Of a stretch of 64,000 bases of DNA, positions 52,680-64,000 are shown one piece after another. Location of the stretch: the NCBI GenBank assembly GCA_013239625.1, contig MU053881.1:9943957-10007956 (forward strand), read 5' to 3'. Below the pieces are notes generated by a model. It saw only the letters and a list, made by a program, of their open reading frames with translations. It made no database searches and was not told the DNA's origin. Origin of the DNA: Lama guanicoe (taxonomy: Eukaryota). The stretch's first letter is position 1. The number at the start of each line of letters is the position of its first letter. A program made the translations under genes and the position numbers.

Positions 52680-53505
52680 TTTTTGTGTATAGTCAGTTTA
52701 CAATGTTGTGCCCGTTTCTGGTGTACAGCATAATAGTTCAGTCATATACATATATGTGTATATATATACACAACACACATACACATACTCATTTACTTAT
52801 TTTTTCAACTATAGGTTTATAGATATTGAATAGAGTTCCCTGTGCTATACAGTATAAATTTGTTGTTCATCTGTTTTACATATAGTAGTTAGTATCTGCA
52901 AATCTCAAACTCCCTATTTATTCCTTCCCATGCTCTTCCCCTCCTGGTAACCATAAGTTGTTTTCTATGTCTGTGAGCCTATTTCTATTTTGTAAGTAAG
53001 TTCATTTGTCTTTTTTTTTTTTAGGTTCCACATGTAAGGGACACCAGATAGTATTTTTCTTTCTCTTTCTGGCTTAATTCACTTGCAAAGACAATCTCCA
53101 GGTCCATCCATGTTGCTGCAAATGGCATTATGTTATTCTTTTTTATGGCTGAGTAGTATTCCATTGCATAAATATACCACAACTTCTTTATCCAGTCATC
53201 TGTTGATGGACATTTAGGTTGTTTCCATGTCTTGGCTATTATAAATAGTGCTGCTATGAACGTTGGGGTGCATGTACCTTTTCTAATTAAAGTTTCCTCT
53301 GAATATAGACCCAGGAGTGGGATTGCTGGATCATATGGTAACTCTATTTTTAGTTTTTGAGGAATCTCCATACTGTTTTCCGTAGCAGCTGCACCAAACT
53401 ATGTTCCCACCAACAGTGTAGGAGGGTTCCCTTCTCTCCACACCCTCCCCAGCACCTACTGTTTGCAGACATTTTAATGATGGCCATTGTGACTGGTGAG
53501 AGGTG
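52680..53505 (-). mobile_element. Relatively young 5'-truncated L1 (ORF2 C-terminus plus 3'UTR)
   Basis: ORF 53021-53371 (LKIELPYDPAIPLLGLY...FIAALFIIAKTWKQPKCPSTDDWIKKLWYIYAMEYYSAIKKN) and the frameshifted 53350-53586 ORF ([20 protein letters not shown]2 Cys-rich motif) are unambiguous L1 ORF2. Confidence 0.97.
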
Positions 53506-56500
53506 AGAGTGAATATTTTGGATTATCATGAAAAGCCAATACTCCTTCTGCATAACTAAGCACACTGCTTTGGGGAAATCAAACAAACAAAATACAAACA
53601 GAAGAACCCTAAGACCTGGAATACATAGGCATTCATGAAGTTAACTGTCTCCAGCATTACTAGGGGGATTTCCCAGGCTGGCACAGAAAGAGGTACCAGT
53701 TAAGGAAGACTACTTATTGTCAATGTGGCACCCTAATCACTGTAGACACAGCTGCAGTGGATCTACATCTTCGACAACCATGCAAAGGGAAAAGCTAGAC
53801 ACACAGGTAGGAAAGCACTTGACTTTTTTTTTTTATTACACGAGCTAAAAATCTAGGAAATAGGCAAAGATGCTGCATTGGTGGCACTGCATTTTCTGTA
53901 AAACATTTCTAACCTACTGCAACTGTTTTGAATATATTCTTTTAGGTTCAATATGACATTTCTTGCAAATATTTTGGAGAATTTTTTTTTCTTCTGCATA
54001 ACCTTCTTCCTAGCACCATGGAAAGCTTCCGGATAAAAAGAGAACTGTGGTGATTTTCCTACTAATTAGTTGCTCTTATTAAAAAGAGCAAGATAATTGA
54101 TTTTAGGATGCACTACCCCTTATTAAGACCTAATTAAGCTGTATATCAAAGACTAATTAAATGGCATTATTCCATCTCACTGATGAGTCTTGATGCTTGG
54201 TGAATAGATTTGGGTGGTAGATGAATACTCCTGGAATAGATTTCACAGCCAGACAGATAAATACAGACTAAGAAGCTGAGTAAATGGAATTTTCGATTAT
54301 CTAAACCCAACATTATTGGTATTTCTTCTGCCTGACAGTTTGCAATGCACAAAGTGAAACATTTAAATACTAACTCAGTGCTGTGGCAGGATGGGGAGCA
54401 ATGAAAGAGCTTCTCTGGAAAAACCAAAAATTTAAATATGGCATTAATCCTGCTAGTGAAATGGTGGACTGAAGAATTGAAGGCAGTTAGGCATTTGGGT
54501 TTTTTGGTTTGTTTGGGGGTTTTTTGGTTTTCATTTCTTTGGCTTCGTTTGATAAGTCAAGCTTCTCGGTTGTGATGAATCCCAAATAAGAGCTCAGTGA
54601 CACCGGTAAAACAAATATCTGAAAACCTGAGATCATTTTTAGAGTTGCCAATCACCATCTTTACTAAGTTATTCTGTGGATCTCAGGGAGAGAAAAGGGG
54701 CACCAGTAAGATAGTATTATCATGGTAAGAAATTTGAATATAGTAGGAGCCCAGAGATTGATGGAGCTGTAGTCCAGCCAAATAGAAACGTCCCTTAAAA
54801 AAATATTTGGAGAGTAAGAGCTATTAATAAGATAAATGTTTTTCAGAATTTTATTCTACAGCAGAAATGAATGTTTTTAACAGCAAATCAATCTCTGATA
54901 AGTCAGTATTTTATTTGACAAAGAAAACCATCTACCAGCATTTCAAATGTTATGTAAATCCATTCATTGCTTTAATCCCATCAAGTTAACCTTATACTGC
55001 CAAGGCTGTGTCTTTAAGGCTGTGTCACTGTGACAACAGAAACTCATCACTCCATTTAATCTATGAGGTCACCACCTCCCTGGATTACGGTGAGTAGTCT
55101 CTCACATTCTCTGGGGCTTCATAATGCAAGAGCTTTTGAATAAATCACAAGATATTTGCAGAAAGTAATGATTTGACTATACAGCTGGGCTATGTTTGAT
55201 TGTCTTTAATAGTTACCTTCACTGGCAGTATAATAATTTGCAAACAATAACATGGGTCATATGTCACTTTTGCACTCATTACCGGCCAAGGTATAACCCC
55301 TCAGAACCAATAATCTATACTACTAAGCATCTAAATTAAATGTCACTCTGTACTAAGTGCAGGTTATTCATTTGAAGCTGAACTTTCACAACTGCAACGT
55401 GTGTTTTGAATTATCTGAAGGACATCTACCCTTGAACTCTTTTTGCATTAATACACACAGAAGAGGAAATAGCTGCCACGTCACGAAGAAAAGCTCGTGC
55501 ACAGAGAGAACTGAAATCTCTCTTACTGGAAAATGAGTAAACAATTTATTTTTAGCTATCTTTACAGAACTCATGGGCAGGAGATAAAAGCTTTGACTCT
55601 AGTATTTCAAGGTTGTCATTCGAGGTACTTTGTTAGCTGTAATAAAGTTTGTAATAGTTAGGCTACCTTTGAGATGGAGCTACTGTTTCATTTTTCAATT
55701 TCATGTAAAATGATGGATTTTCACGTAATTTTGGATAATTGCACACTGCACATGATTGCCGAAAAACAATCAATTAGTGACAACTGTAATCCTTTCTTTC
55801 GCTTTGCATTCCATGCTTATTTTTTCTAATAGAGGTAGAAGGTGATGGAAGAATGAGACTGGGGGGGGGTTCATTAATCTCTTGGGCTTTCATGAGCCTG
55901 AATTGTAAATCCATAAATTCGTAAGTCTAATCAACAACATTAATAAAAGAGTCTGTGACACATTCATTAAGTGCTTTGAGATCCATCAAGGAAAACTGCT
56001 GGTGATATTATGGGAGAAATATCAACGGATTGTGGAAGAAAATGGCTCTAATGGAAATTTAAGGCAGTAAGTACATAAAGGGCACTTTATGATACTTGCA
56101 GACAGCCAGTCCTCTGACAACTGGTTCACAATCATTAAACTGAAAGTATCCTCATCTAACTGCCCAGGAAAATGGTTGTGCGTTAACCTTGAACATGAGT
56201 TCATTTGAAAACAGAAAGTCTCAAGACACTAAGGAAAAAATATTTCTTTGCCCAGCACACAATAAATACCTCAGTGTTCAAGACAAAGCTGCCCTTTCCA
56301 TAGATGATATATTAGAAGACAAGACAAGAGAATTGAAAATTTGGACCTAAGCTTTGCAGTACAGTGGTATTACAGTACACATTAACAATGGATACTGTTA
56401 ATCACAATAAAATTAGCTAATCAAAATATGCTTTGGTTTAGGGAAACTGACATTCATTTATGAGCAATTTGGGGAACCTGCACGTCCAAACAGCAATCAA

Positions 56501-57559
56501 AGTATAATGTGTATGATCTCCTCATTGCCACTGGCTTCCGCTGGGTGGCAGAGACAGATGAGAGCAGGGTTTGTGCTTGACTGGGGGGTGGGGGTGGGGT
56601 TCACAGCTTGTGCCAAACCAGTTGCCAGCTCAGCAAACGCAAAGGCTCATAAGCCTCACTGCAACTTGAGTGGGTGCTCACACCCATCCCTGAGACTTGA
56701 AGTGACTCGAGGCGAGTCATAAAACTATAAAAAATAAAAAGATATGATATTAGAAATGCACTTTAATTTCTCTATTTTAATTGCTGAGTAGAATGATATT
56801 TCTTTAAAATGTGTGAGAAGCATATTCTAGACATTAGCTCCTTTATAAGTTCTTCTTTAATCTTTTTCTTTCTTCTCGTTTTAATTACTTGTCTTATTTC
56901 TGCTATTATTGAACTATGAAGTTGAGTTTTAGAAAACTGGAACAGAAATGTGGTCCTTTAGCAAGCACAGTCATCTTAAAATCTCTTTCAAAATACAAAC
57001 TTTATCTTTGTTTTTTGGGTTTTTTTTCCCCCCAAATTCTCTACCACTTCTCTCCCATTTCCACTCTGGGATTATACTGGCTTTATTTAGGTACACACGG
57101 TATCTTCCATCATGACTGCTGATCTCAAGGAAGTCATGGTCCTTTTTGCTTAATGCAGGGTCCTGCACACAGTATGCATTCAATAATCATTGACTGATGG
57201 AATAAAACGGATGCAAAAATTGCAATAGGAAGTAATAAATATCAGGAAATGAATTTCTAAAGATGCCTAGCATTGTGCATGATTGGAATAAGCATTTGCT
57301 CACTTTTTGGAAATACTGAGAAGCCTTGTAAATTTACCCTATACCCAGTAATTTTCTATTTTTTTTAATGTGACCCACAGTGCAAAATAGATTTCGCATG
57401 ATGACCCACTACTTACACAGCTATACACACTTACTTCAGCACATGAGCCTGTAACTGTACATTTACACATATTAAAACCACATGATAGGCATAACTTGAC
57501 AATGAATCCCAATGACTCATGCTTTTGTATAATCCTTACTCCCCTTAGTAAGGACAATG

Positions 57560-58832
57560 CCTGTGGAAGACAAGATGCTATCCCTTAGGTGGTATTATAT
57601 GGAGAGGGAAAGAAAATTTTCAAATGTAATTAACATCTCTAGCCCCTAATCAGTTAAATATAAGTTAACCAAAGAAAGATTACCCTTGGTGGGCCTTACC
57701 TAATCAGGAGATCTCTTTAAAACAGAGTACAGAGATCAGAGACTTGAGGTTGGAATCCCTCTCCTGGCTTAAAGAAGCCAGATGTTCTGTAACTGCAAGG
57801 AAATGAATTCTTCCACCAACTGCATGACGTTGGAACATAAAGGGGTTCTGATACCAATTCCAACACAGGGGGCTCCCTCACACTACCAAGCAATGCTGTC
57901 AACACCAGCTTCATGTCCTACAATTCAACACAGTCCTAACACTGTCTTTCAGGAGACAGCAACAGATTCCACAGGTTAATGGTTCAGCCCTGAAGACTAT
58001 ACTCCACCCCCCCCGCCCACCTACACACACACACATTCATCTGAGATGCCAATCACCAGCTAAGGATGTTATCCACATTTCTGACCCAGCGGCTATGAAC
58101 CAGAGGTTCCCACAGTCCTTGGTTTCAATTAACTTTCCAGAATGGCTCACATAAGTCAAGAACCCTATTTACTCACTAGACTGCTGGTTATTGTAAAAGG
58201 AAACAACTCAGGAACGGCCAGATGGAAGAGATGCATAGGGCAAGGTATGAGGAAAAGGCACACTTCCCTCCAAGTGTGCTGCACTCCTGAAACTGCTGCG
58301 TGTTCAGCAACCAGTAAGTTTTCCATATCCAGCATTTCTGGGGTTTTATGGAGGCTTCATTACACAGGCATGATTGATTAAGTCACTGGCCACTGGTGAC
58401 TGATTCACATCCAGCCCATCTCCCACCCCCAAAGATCAAAAGCAGGGACTGAAAGTTCTAACCCTCTAGTCACACAGTTGGTTCTCCTGGCAACCGGCCC
58501 CTACCCTTAGGTGGTCCAACAGTCACCATTAACAGAACAAAAGACATTTCTTGTCATCACTTAGAAAATTCTAAGAGTTTTTATAGATCCTGCCAGAAAT
58601 TGAGATGAAGAGCAAACAAATATTTCTTATTTTAAATCTTAACACAAATGAGATTGCTGAGACTACAGTAAGACCCAGACAGCCCTATGCACACCTTTAC
58701 TGCAGACTGTGAGCAGAGGATCCAGCTCAGTTGTGCCCCAACACCCAACCAACAGAAACTGTGAGATAACCATGTGGTCTTAAGCTGCTAAGTTTGTGAT
58801 AATTTGTTATACAGCACTGGAAAAGTAATACA
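57560..58832 (+). mobile_element. MaLR LTR (MLT1E-like), split by a nested LTR
   Basis: 5' half 57560-57835 ('ctgcaaggaaatgaattct'); 3' half about 58646-58832 ('cagaaactgtgagataa...ttaagctgctaagtttgtgataatttgttatacagca...taataca'). Confidence 0.8.
57845..58645 (-). mobile_element. MER21-like LTR
   Basis: 'gtcctacaattcaac', 'acagattccacaggttaa', 'aactcaggaacggccagatggaagagatgcatagggcaaggtatg', 'ttttatggaggcttcattacacaggcatgattgatt'. Confidence 0.85.
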
Positions 58833-59059
58833 ATCCAACTTCCTTTTTTTTTTTTTAATGCTGGTCACAGTCAACTAAATTGACAGCATGTCAAATAAGG
58901 AGGCCACAACCCACATTCTGAAAAATCACAGCTGTATCTTAAAGCCGTCTTTTCCATGACGCTTTATCAACGGAGGTTCATTCTTTTGAGTTAAATAATT
59001 CTGTAGACAAAATTCTCTTAAACATTAAAAGGCTTTATCAGCCATTGACATCCTTAGTT

Positions 59060-59190
59060 ATCAATGCATTTGCTCATTTTCTAAACATTTGTTGCATGCC
59101 AACTATACACCAGGCACTCTACTTGGCACTGGTTCCCAGTGGTGAACAAAATATATATGAATACTCATCCCTTAGAACTTCAAGTCTGAA
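59060..59190 (-). mobile_element. L2 3' end
   Basis: 'aaacatttgttgcatgccaactatacaccaggcactctact...gtgaacaaa'. Confidence 0.65.
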
Positions 59191-59572
59191 GGTTGTGAAG
59201 GAATATAAAAACAAAACCAGATATATAATTATAGTCATTCAATAAATATTTACTCAGGACTCTTTCAAACACTGAACATGCATTTTTGGGGAGGTTAATC
59301 ACGACAAATAATAGAACCATTAAATAGTCTGTATTTTGAAGGGCTACAATACCTACTGGGAACTATAAAATTGATAAATAAGTTTTCCATGAGAATTTTG
59401 TACTTAGTGTTAAGAAAACTTAAGCTATAGCAGCACAGAGTAACAAACTCTACCCAGGGAACTGATGGAGGGCTTCAGGGAAGAGGTGACATCTTCGGTG
59501 GAACCTGTGGGTAAAAATAGGTCTGCAAAGTATCTCTAGTGGGGAAGAGGCTCCCATGTATCTTGTGACACA

Positions 59573-59838
59573 TTTTTTTTTAACATTTCTTATTGACTTA
59601 TAATCATTTTACAATGCTGTGTCAAATTCCAGTGTAGAGCACAATTTTTCAGTTATACATGAACATATATATATTCATTGTCACATTTTTTTCTCTGTGA
59701 GCTACCATAATAAGATCTTGTATATATTTCCCTGTGCTATACAGTGTAATCTTGTTTATCTATTCTACAATTTTGAAATCCCAGTCTATCTCTTCTCACC
59801 TCCCACCCTCTTGGCAACAAGTTTATATTCTATGTCTG
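59573..59838 (-). mobile_element. Lineage-specific L1 3'UTR insertion
   Basis: Poly(T) start; 'tttccctgtgctatacagt'; TSD ttgtgacac at 59563-59571 and 59839-59847. Confidence 0.88.
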
Positions 59839-60310
59839 TTGTGACACTTTTTTTTTTTAAGTCTTGTTGAGGAATTTGGGCTTTGAAACAATGCACGTTA
59901 TTGAAGTTTTTGGGGTTTTTTTTGGCTGGTTTGTTTTAAATGGGACTGTAGCATAAAGTTTTATCCCTGAAACACAAACTTAATTACGTGAAATTAGCAG
60001 TAGCAGCACCAACAGAACATGGATCTGTGACAAGTTAGTGAAGCTCTGCAGGAATAAGGCAGGGAGAGATGAAGAATGAGTCTTCTGGTTACTTTCTAAG
60101 GTAGGGACAGAAGTAGCACACGCAAGCTAACCGAATTAGCTGAAATGATAATAATTACCTAGGTGGGAGGAGTCCAAGCAGGGCTTTATTTACTTTTCAA
60201 AGAACTGTCCTAAATCAAGCCCTAACACACACAAATTCATAAACCATTCTGCTCTGCAGCCCAGTCTGGAAGGTTCCATTATGGTTTTGGGGTTTTTGGG
60301 GGGAGGTGTT

Positions 60311-60388
60311 GTTTTAAACTAAAGTACAGTCAGTTACGATGTGTCCATTTCTGGTGCACAGCACAATGTCCCAGTCATGCGTATACAT
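60311..60388 (-). mobile_element. Very short L1 3' tail
   Basis: 'aagtacagtcagttacgatgtgtccatttctggtgcacagcacaatgtcccagtcat' matches the ends of other L1 tails in the window. Confidence 0.7.
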
Positions 60389-60719
60389 CACTGTTAAAAG
60401 AGTCACATCCTTCTCTTTTACTCCCCTGCTGTGTTTGTAACACAGCAAAGGTTGGGAAATGGAGAATAACTACAGAAACAAAGTCAAAATAAATATCACA
60501 GTTTATTCTGTGTCTCTTTACTAGGTCTGTTTTTCAGGTCTCCTTCCGCCCCGGTTTATCGTTGTTTTAGACACAAGTCTAACAAACCTTCTTGTCTTCC
60601 TTCCTAACCTAGGGCAAGTGAGAAGTACCACACTGTGCCTTTCAAACAATGCTACTGTTGGTTTTCAAAAGTTTTCCATTTTATTCTATAAAGAAGAATT
60701 TTCAAAAATCTTTGATTGG

Positions 60720-60865
60720 ATAGTTCAGTGGTAGGGAGTGTACTTGGCACACATAAGGTCCTAGGTTCAGTCCCCAGTACTTCCATTAAAAAATAATAAA
60801 TAAATAAACAAACAAACCAACCTAATTGCCTCCCCCCAACAAAAAAGTGTTAAAAAAAAAAAAAA
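60720..60865 (+). mobile_element. tRNA-derived camelid SINE (Vic-1-like), 5'-truncated
   Basis: atagttcagtggtag (A-box) ...ggtcctaggttcagtccccagtac (B-box), then (TAAA)n, 'cctaattgcctcccccc' and poly(A). Confidence 0.85.
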
Positions 60866-62419
60866 CTGTGATGTGCAGAGAGGTTAGCTTTATCTATGCT
60901 CCAGAGAAAAACTGTTAAAAGAAAAAAAAATCAATGTTTCTTTTAGAATAAATTTATTTTATTTTCAATATATAGGAAAAATATTAACTAGTGGGTTTGT
61001 ATTTGGCCCAGGGGACTGTTTTCTGGTGGTACTCTGCTCCTTTGCAACAGAAAATAGGGTCTCATAAAGAAATTCTGAATATGATCACCTCCCAAATTTG
61101 ATGATACCAAAATGCTTTTATTCGGGATTTAATAATGTTTATCAGGGTTTCTATTTCTATCTTATTGAATTTCTTTTTAAAGAGGGACTATGTTTTTAGG
61201 GGGAAGAATACTGGATGGAAAGAATCACAGTGTACAGAATTTCACATCACAAAAATAGCCTGGTAAAAGCTTGGCTGAGGATATTTCTCCTCTGGGGACC
61301 AAAGGCAAGTCTAAACAAACAAAAAAAAAAGACCAGCTGTAGATGCTTATTGGTTCCAGGTATAATGATTGCTAACATTCAAACATGTTAGAAAGCATGA
61401 ACAGCTGAATTAGACCTGTGACACCCCAATATTCAGAATTTTGACCTCGATCAAGAGATGTGTAGCTAAGCCTGAAATTCTTTCAAAATAATCCCCTGTT
61501 GCTAATGACCTCAGGAGCATGAGTCATTCGATTTTTTTTAATCAGGTTTTCACTATTAAGAAATGCAAATATTGACTATGAAAAAATGAAAACATTAATA
61601 TCATTTAAATTTGCACAGTATTCTGGCCATACAAAATTAATCATTAAGACCATCTTATTCTATTCCACCGTATTATTTTCATGATAAAATGTTAAAATTC
61701 TCATATCTTATTCTGAATCCAAACAAGTGTAGGCTGTGTAAAAATGGCCACAGAACCATTCCTTTTTAAGGTCTTTAAGCGTTAAGTTAATGGATCAAGG
61801 CAAAACAGGATTATGTCTGGATCCAAAGATTTAATTATAATTTGGTATGAAGCTATTGTAACTTTGTTTCAATGAAAGATAATGTCAGGACTTCAGCTCA
61901 TAAGAGATGTTTCATATATATCTTAATATAAAAGCATGTCTTAGATTTAAATTATATGTGACATTTGTCCATTCAAATTTAAAGCACCCAAATCTTAGAT
62001 GAAAAGAATACACAAGATACTCGTCAAAGAAAACTTGAGAAGTAGGTATTGATTCATTTGTTGATTGATTTATTGTAGCAGTTGGTCTCCGAGTGTATAG
62101 CCTGCCTGTATTTTATCTGTATACCAATGAGTTACTTTATACCAATGGATAATTTGTGAATTATTTACAATGTTGAGCATCAAACAGAATGGACTATATA
62201 TTCCACTTTGTTTATGACTGCTTTGATGTACTTCTTGACTTAATAGCATCTCTGACAAATTTTTTTCCCTTTCGGAAAATTTGCTTTGGGACAGTTGTAA
62301 AAAACAGTATCCCACTGCCCTGCGTGATGACAGCTCTGCCCTCCCTGTGTACTTACTACTCAGGAGTAACTTCCAGACTAAGAAGCTGTATCATTTGCCC
62401 AGTAAATAAATTTCTTTAT

Positions 62420-62540
62420 GCCTTCATTTTCTACCTGTGAAATGAGGATTCTATTGTTAGAGTGTTGTTTGAAGGATTAAATAGAACCATCTTTGTACTG
62501 CATATAGCACAGAGTCTGGCATAGGGTAAGTGCTTTATAA
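62420..62540 (+). mobile_element. MIR fragment
   Basis: 'ttttctacctgtgaaatgagg...gaaggattaaat...agcacagagtctggcatagggtaagtgct'. Confidence 0.75.
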
Positions 62541-62970
62541 CACTCTGCATTAGCAATAGCATTTTTATGACAATAAGGCATTTGGCCTCAAGTAGTTCAC
62601 AATTTGTAAGGAAACCAGACATGTGTGCAGTACAACACTTGGACGTTTAATAAAGATAAATTCTAGCATATCCCAAAATAGAGACATCTTTCTTCCTTAA
62701 CTCCACTTCCCCTTCCTCCTTTAAATTAGACTTCAGTTTCCATCCTCCCCTAAAGGACATCACTGATAAAACATAAAGAGTAACAAGAGAAGTTAATTTT
62801 TGACTTTAAAATTATCCAGGGCCTTGGTCTGGGTGACTTAAGTTTGCCCCCTTTGCTATGTGACTTTTCACTTTTTCACTAAAGGGATGGACCATGTCTT
62901 TATCCCCAGCAATGGGTCCAGCCATAGGATTTGCTTTAGATAATAGAATGAGATAGAAATGGTAGTGTGG

Positions 62971-63070
62971 TGCTGTACAGCAGAAACGGACACAACACTG
63001 TAAACTGACTATACTTCAATAAAAAATATATATACAAAAAAAAAAAAAAGAAGAAGAAAGCAAGCAAGCA
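62971..63070 (+). mobile_element. 100-bp L1 3'-end insertion with 16-bp TSD
   Basis: tgctgtacagcagaaacggacacaacactgtaaactgactatacttcaataaaaa plus A tail; TSD agaaa(t/a)ggtagtgtgg at 62955-62970 and 63071-63086. Confidence 0.9.
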
Positions 63071-63567
63071 AGAAAAGGTAGTGTGGCGGTTCCAGGCCTG
63101 AGGCATTGAGAGGCTCCTCTGTTCTATTCACCCACTTGCAGTTCTGCCTTCTCCATGAGAGGATCATGTTTAACCTTCTGACTTTAAAAGAAGCAAGACA
63201 TGCATGGTGCAGTTTCACCACTGCTGTGCCAGCCCAGCCCAACCTGGGACCACCTGCATCCATCCAAAAGAGTCATGTGCCAACTAATGCCATGTGCTTA
63301 ATGGTATGTGTCACTGAGGTTTGTATTTTCTTCATTTGGAGTTTCAGCGTAGAAAAGCTGCCCAACACAAACAGTTCCAACAGGTCGGGGTATTAAAATG
63401 AATTTTTACTTTTAAAAGTAACTTCATTTTTTCAAATCACCATGTCTAACCACACTGCTCAATGTCTTCATTGCATTAACCCATTACCAATCAGGTATCT
63501 TGGGCAAATTCTGTAATTGGTCTCTTCAGTCATGTATTAAAAAACAAACCAATGGCCAAATAGGGAT

Positions 63568-64000
63568 CCTGACATAAGGACAGATATACAGACCAACAGA
63601 ATAGAACAGAGTACCCAGAAATAAACCCTCAAATATATGGTGAAGTGATTTTTTGACTGAGACCATTCAATAGGGAAGGAGAGTCTTTTTTACAAAAAAT
63701 GGGAAACTAAGTATCTACATAAAAAAGAATGAAGTGGGACCCTTACCTTACACCATACACAAATATTAACTCAAAATGGATCAAAGACCTAAATGTAAGT
63801 GAAATTAAACATCTATTGGAGAAAAGAAAGAAAGAAAGAAACAAACAAACAAACAAACATAAGGGGAAAAGTCCATGACATTGAATTTGGTAAAGGTTTC
63901 TTAGATAAAACACTAAAAACAAAAGTAACAAAGGAACAAATTAGACAAATTATACTTCATTAAATTTAAAGCCTCCGTGTATAAAGGACACTATTAACAA
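63568..64000 (+). mobile_element. Decayed L1 ORF2 fragment, running off the window
   Basis: 'agaatagaacagagtacccagaaataaacc', 'ccttacaccatacacaaatattaactcaaaatggatcaaagacctaaatgtaag'. Confidence 0.92.

Larger units (their letters stand above)
2280..64000 (+). other. SLC44A5: Large intron following the start-codon exon, running past the window end
   Basis: GT donor at 2280. No exon encoding the expected EKPAD..EEEDFG continuation was found by eye. The content is typical intronic repeats. Confidence 0.65.

Noticed and set aside
53021..53586. Protein-coding gene
   Set aside because: Frameshifted, 5'-truncated L1 ORF2 C-terminus, not a host gene.
1..64000. Prokaryotic-type systems (CRISPR arrays, operons, defence islands) and the many 60-120 aa ORFs in the track
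   Set aside because: The sequence is mammalian intronic DNA with no repeat-spacer array. The short ORFs are what chance and repeat remnants would produce.

Overview
Mammalian, AT-rich, repeat-laden genomic DNA, not prokaryotic. It is most likely from a camelid, judging from two tRNA-Ala-derived Vic-1-type SINEs, cetartiodactyl-type L1 3' tails, and no Bov-tA, BovB or PRE-1 elements that I could see. The only host-gene coding sequence I can support is a 13-nt start-codon segment at 2267-2279 (+; ATG AAT GAC ACT G|GTATGT = M-N-D-T-). It matches the N-terminus of SLC44A5/CTL5 (MNDTEKPAD...) as I recall it. The remaining ~61.7 kb then reads as one very large intron, and I did not find the next coding exon. 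The intron is filled with L1, L2, MIR, MaLR/ERV LTRs, hAT DNA transposons, microsatellites and a probable ancient RTE-type LINE fossil, with several TE-poor, TAAT-rich blocks between them. The best leads are: (i) a 22-codon uORF whose stop overlaps the main ATG; (ii) a second, frame-compatible consensus donor at 2610 allowing a 21/30-nt micro-exon or a 110-aa N-terminal extension; (iii) two same-family sense-strand solo LTRs with reciprocal loss of TATA box and poly(A) signal; (iv) candidate long-range enhancers. I see no novel multi-gene system. Repeat family names are from recognition by eye, and boundaries are approximate unless TSDs are given.
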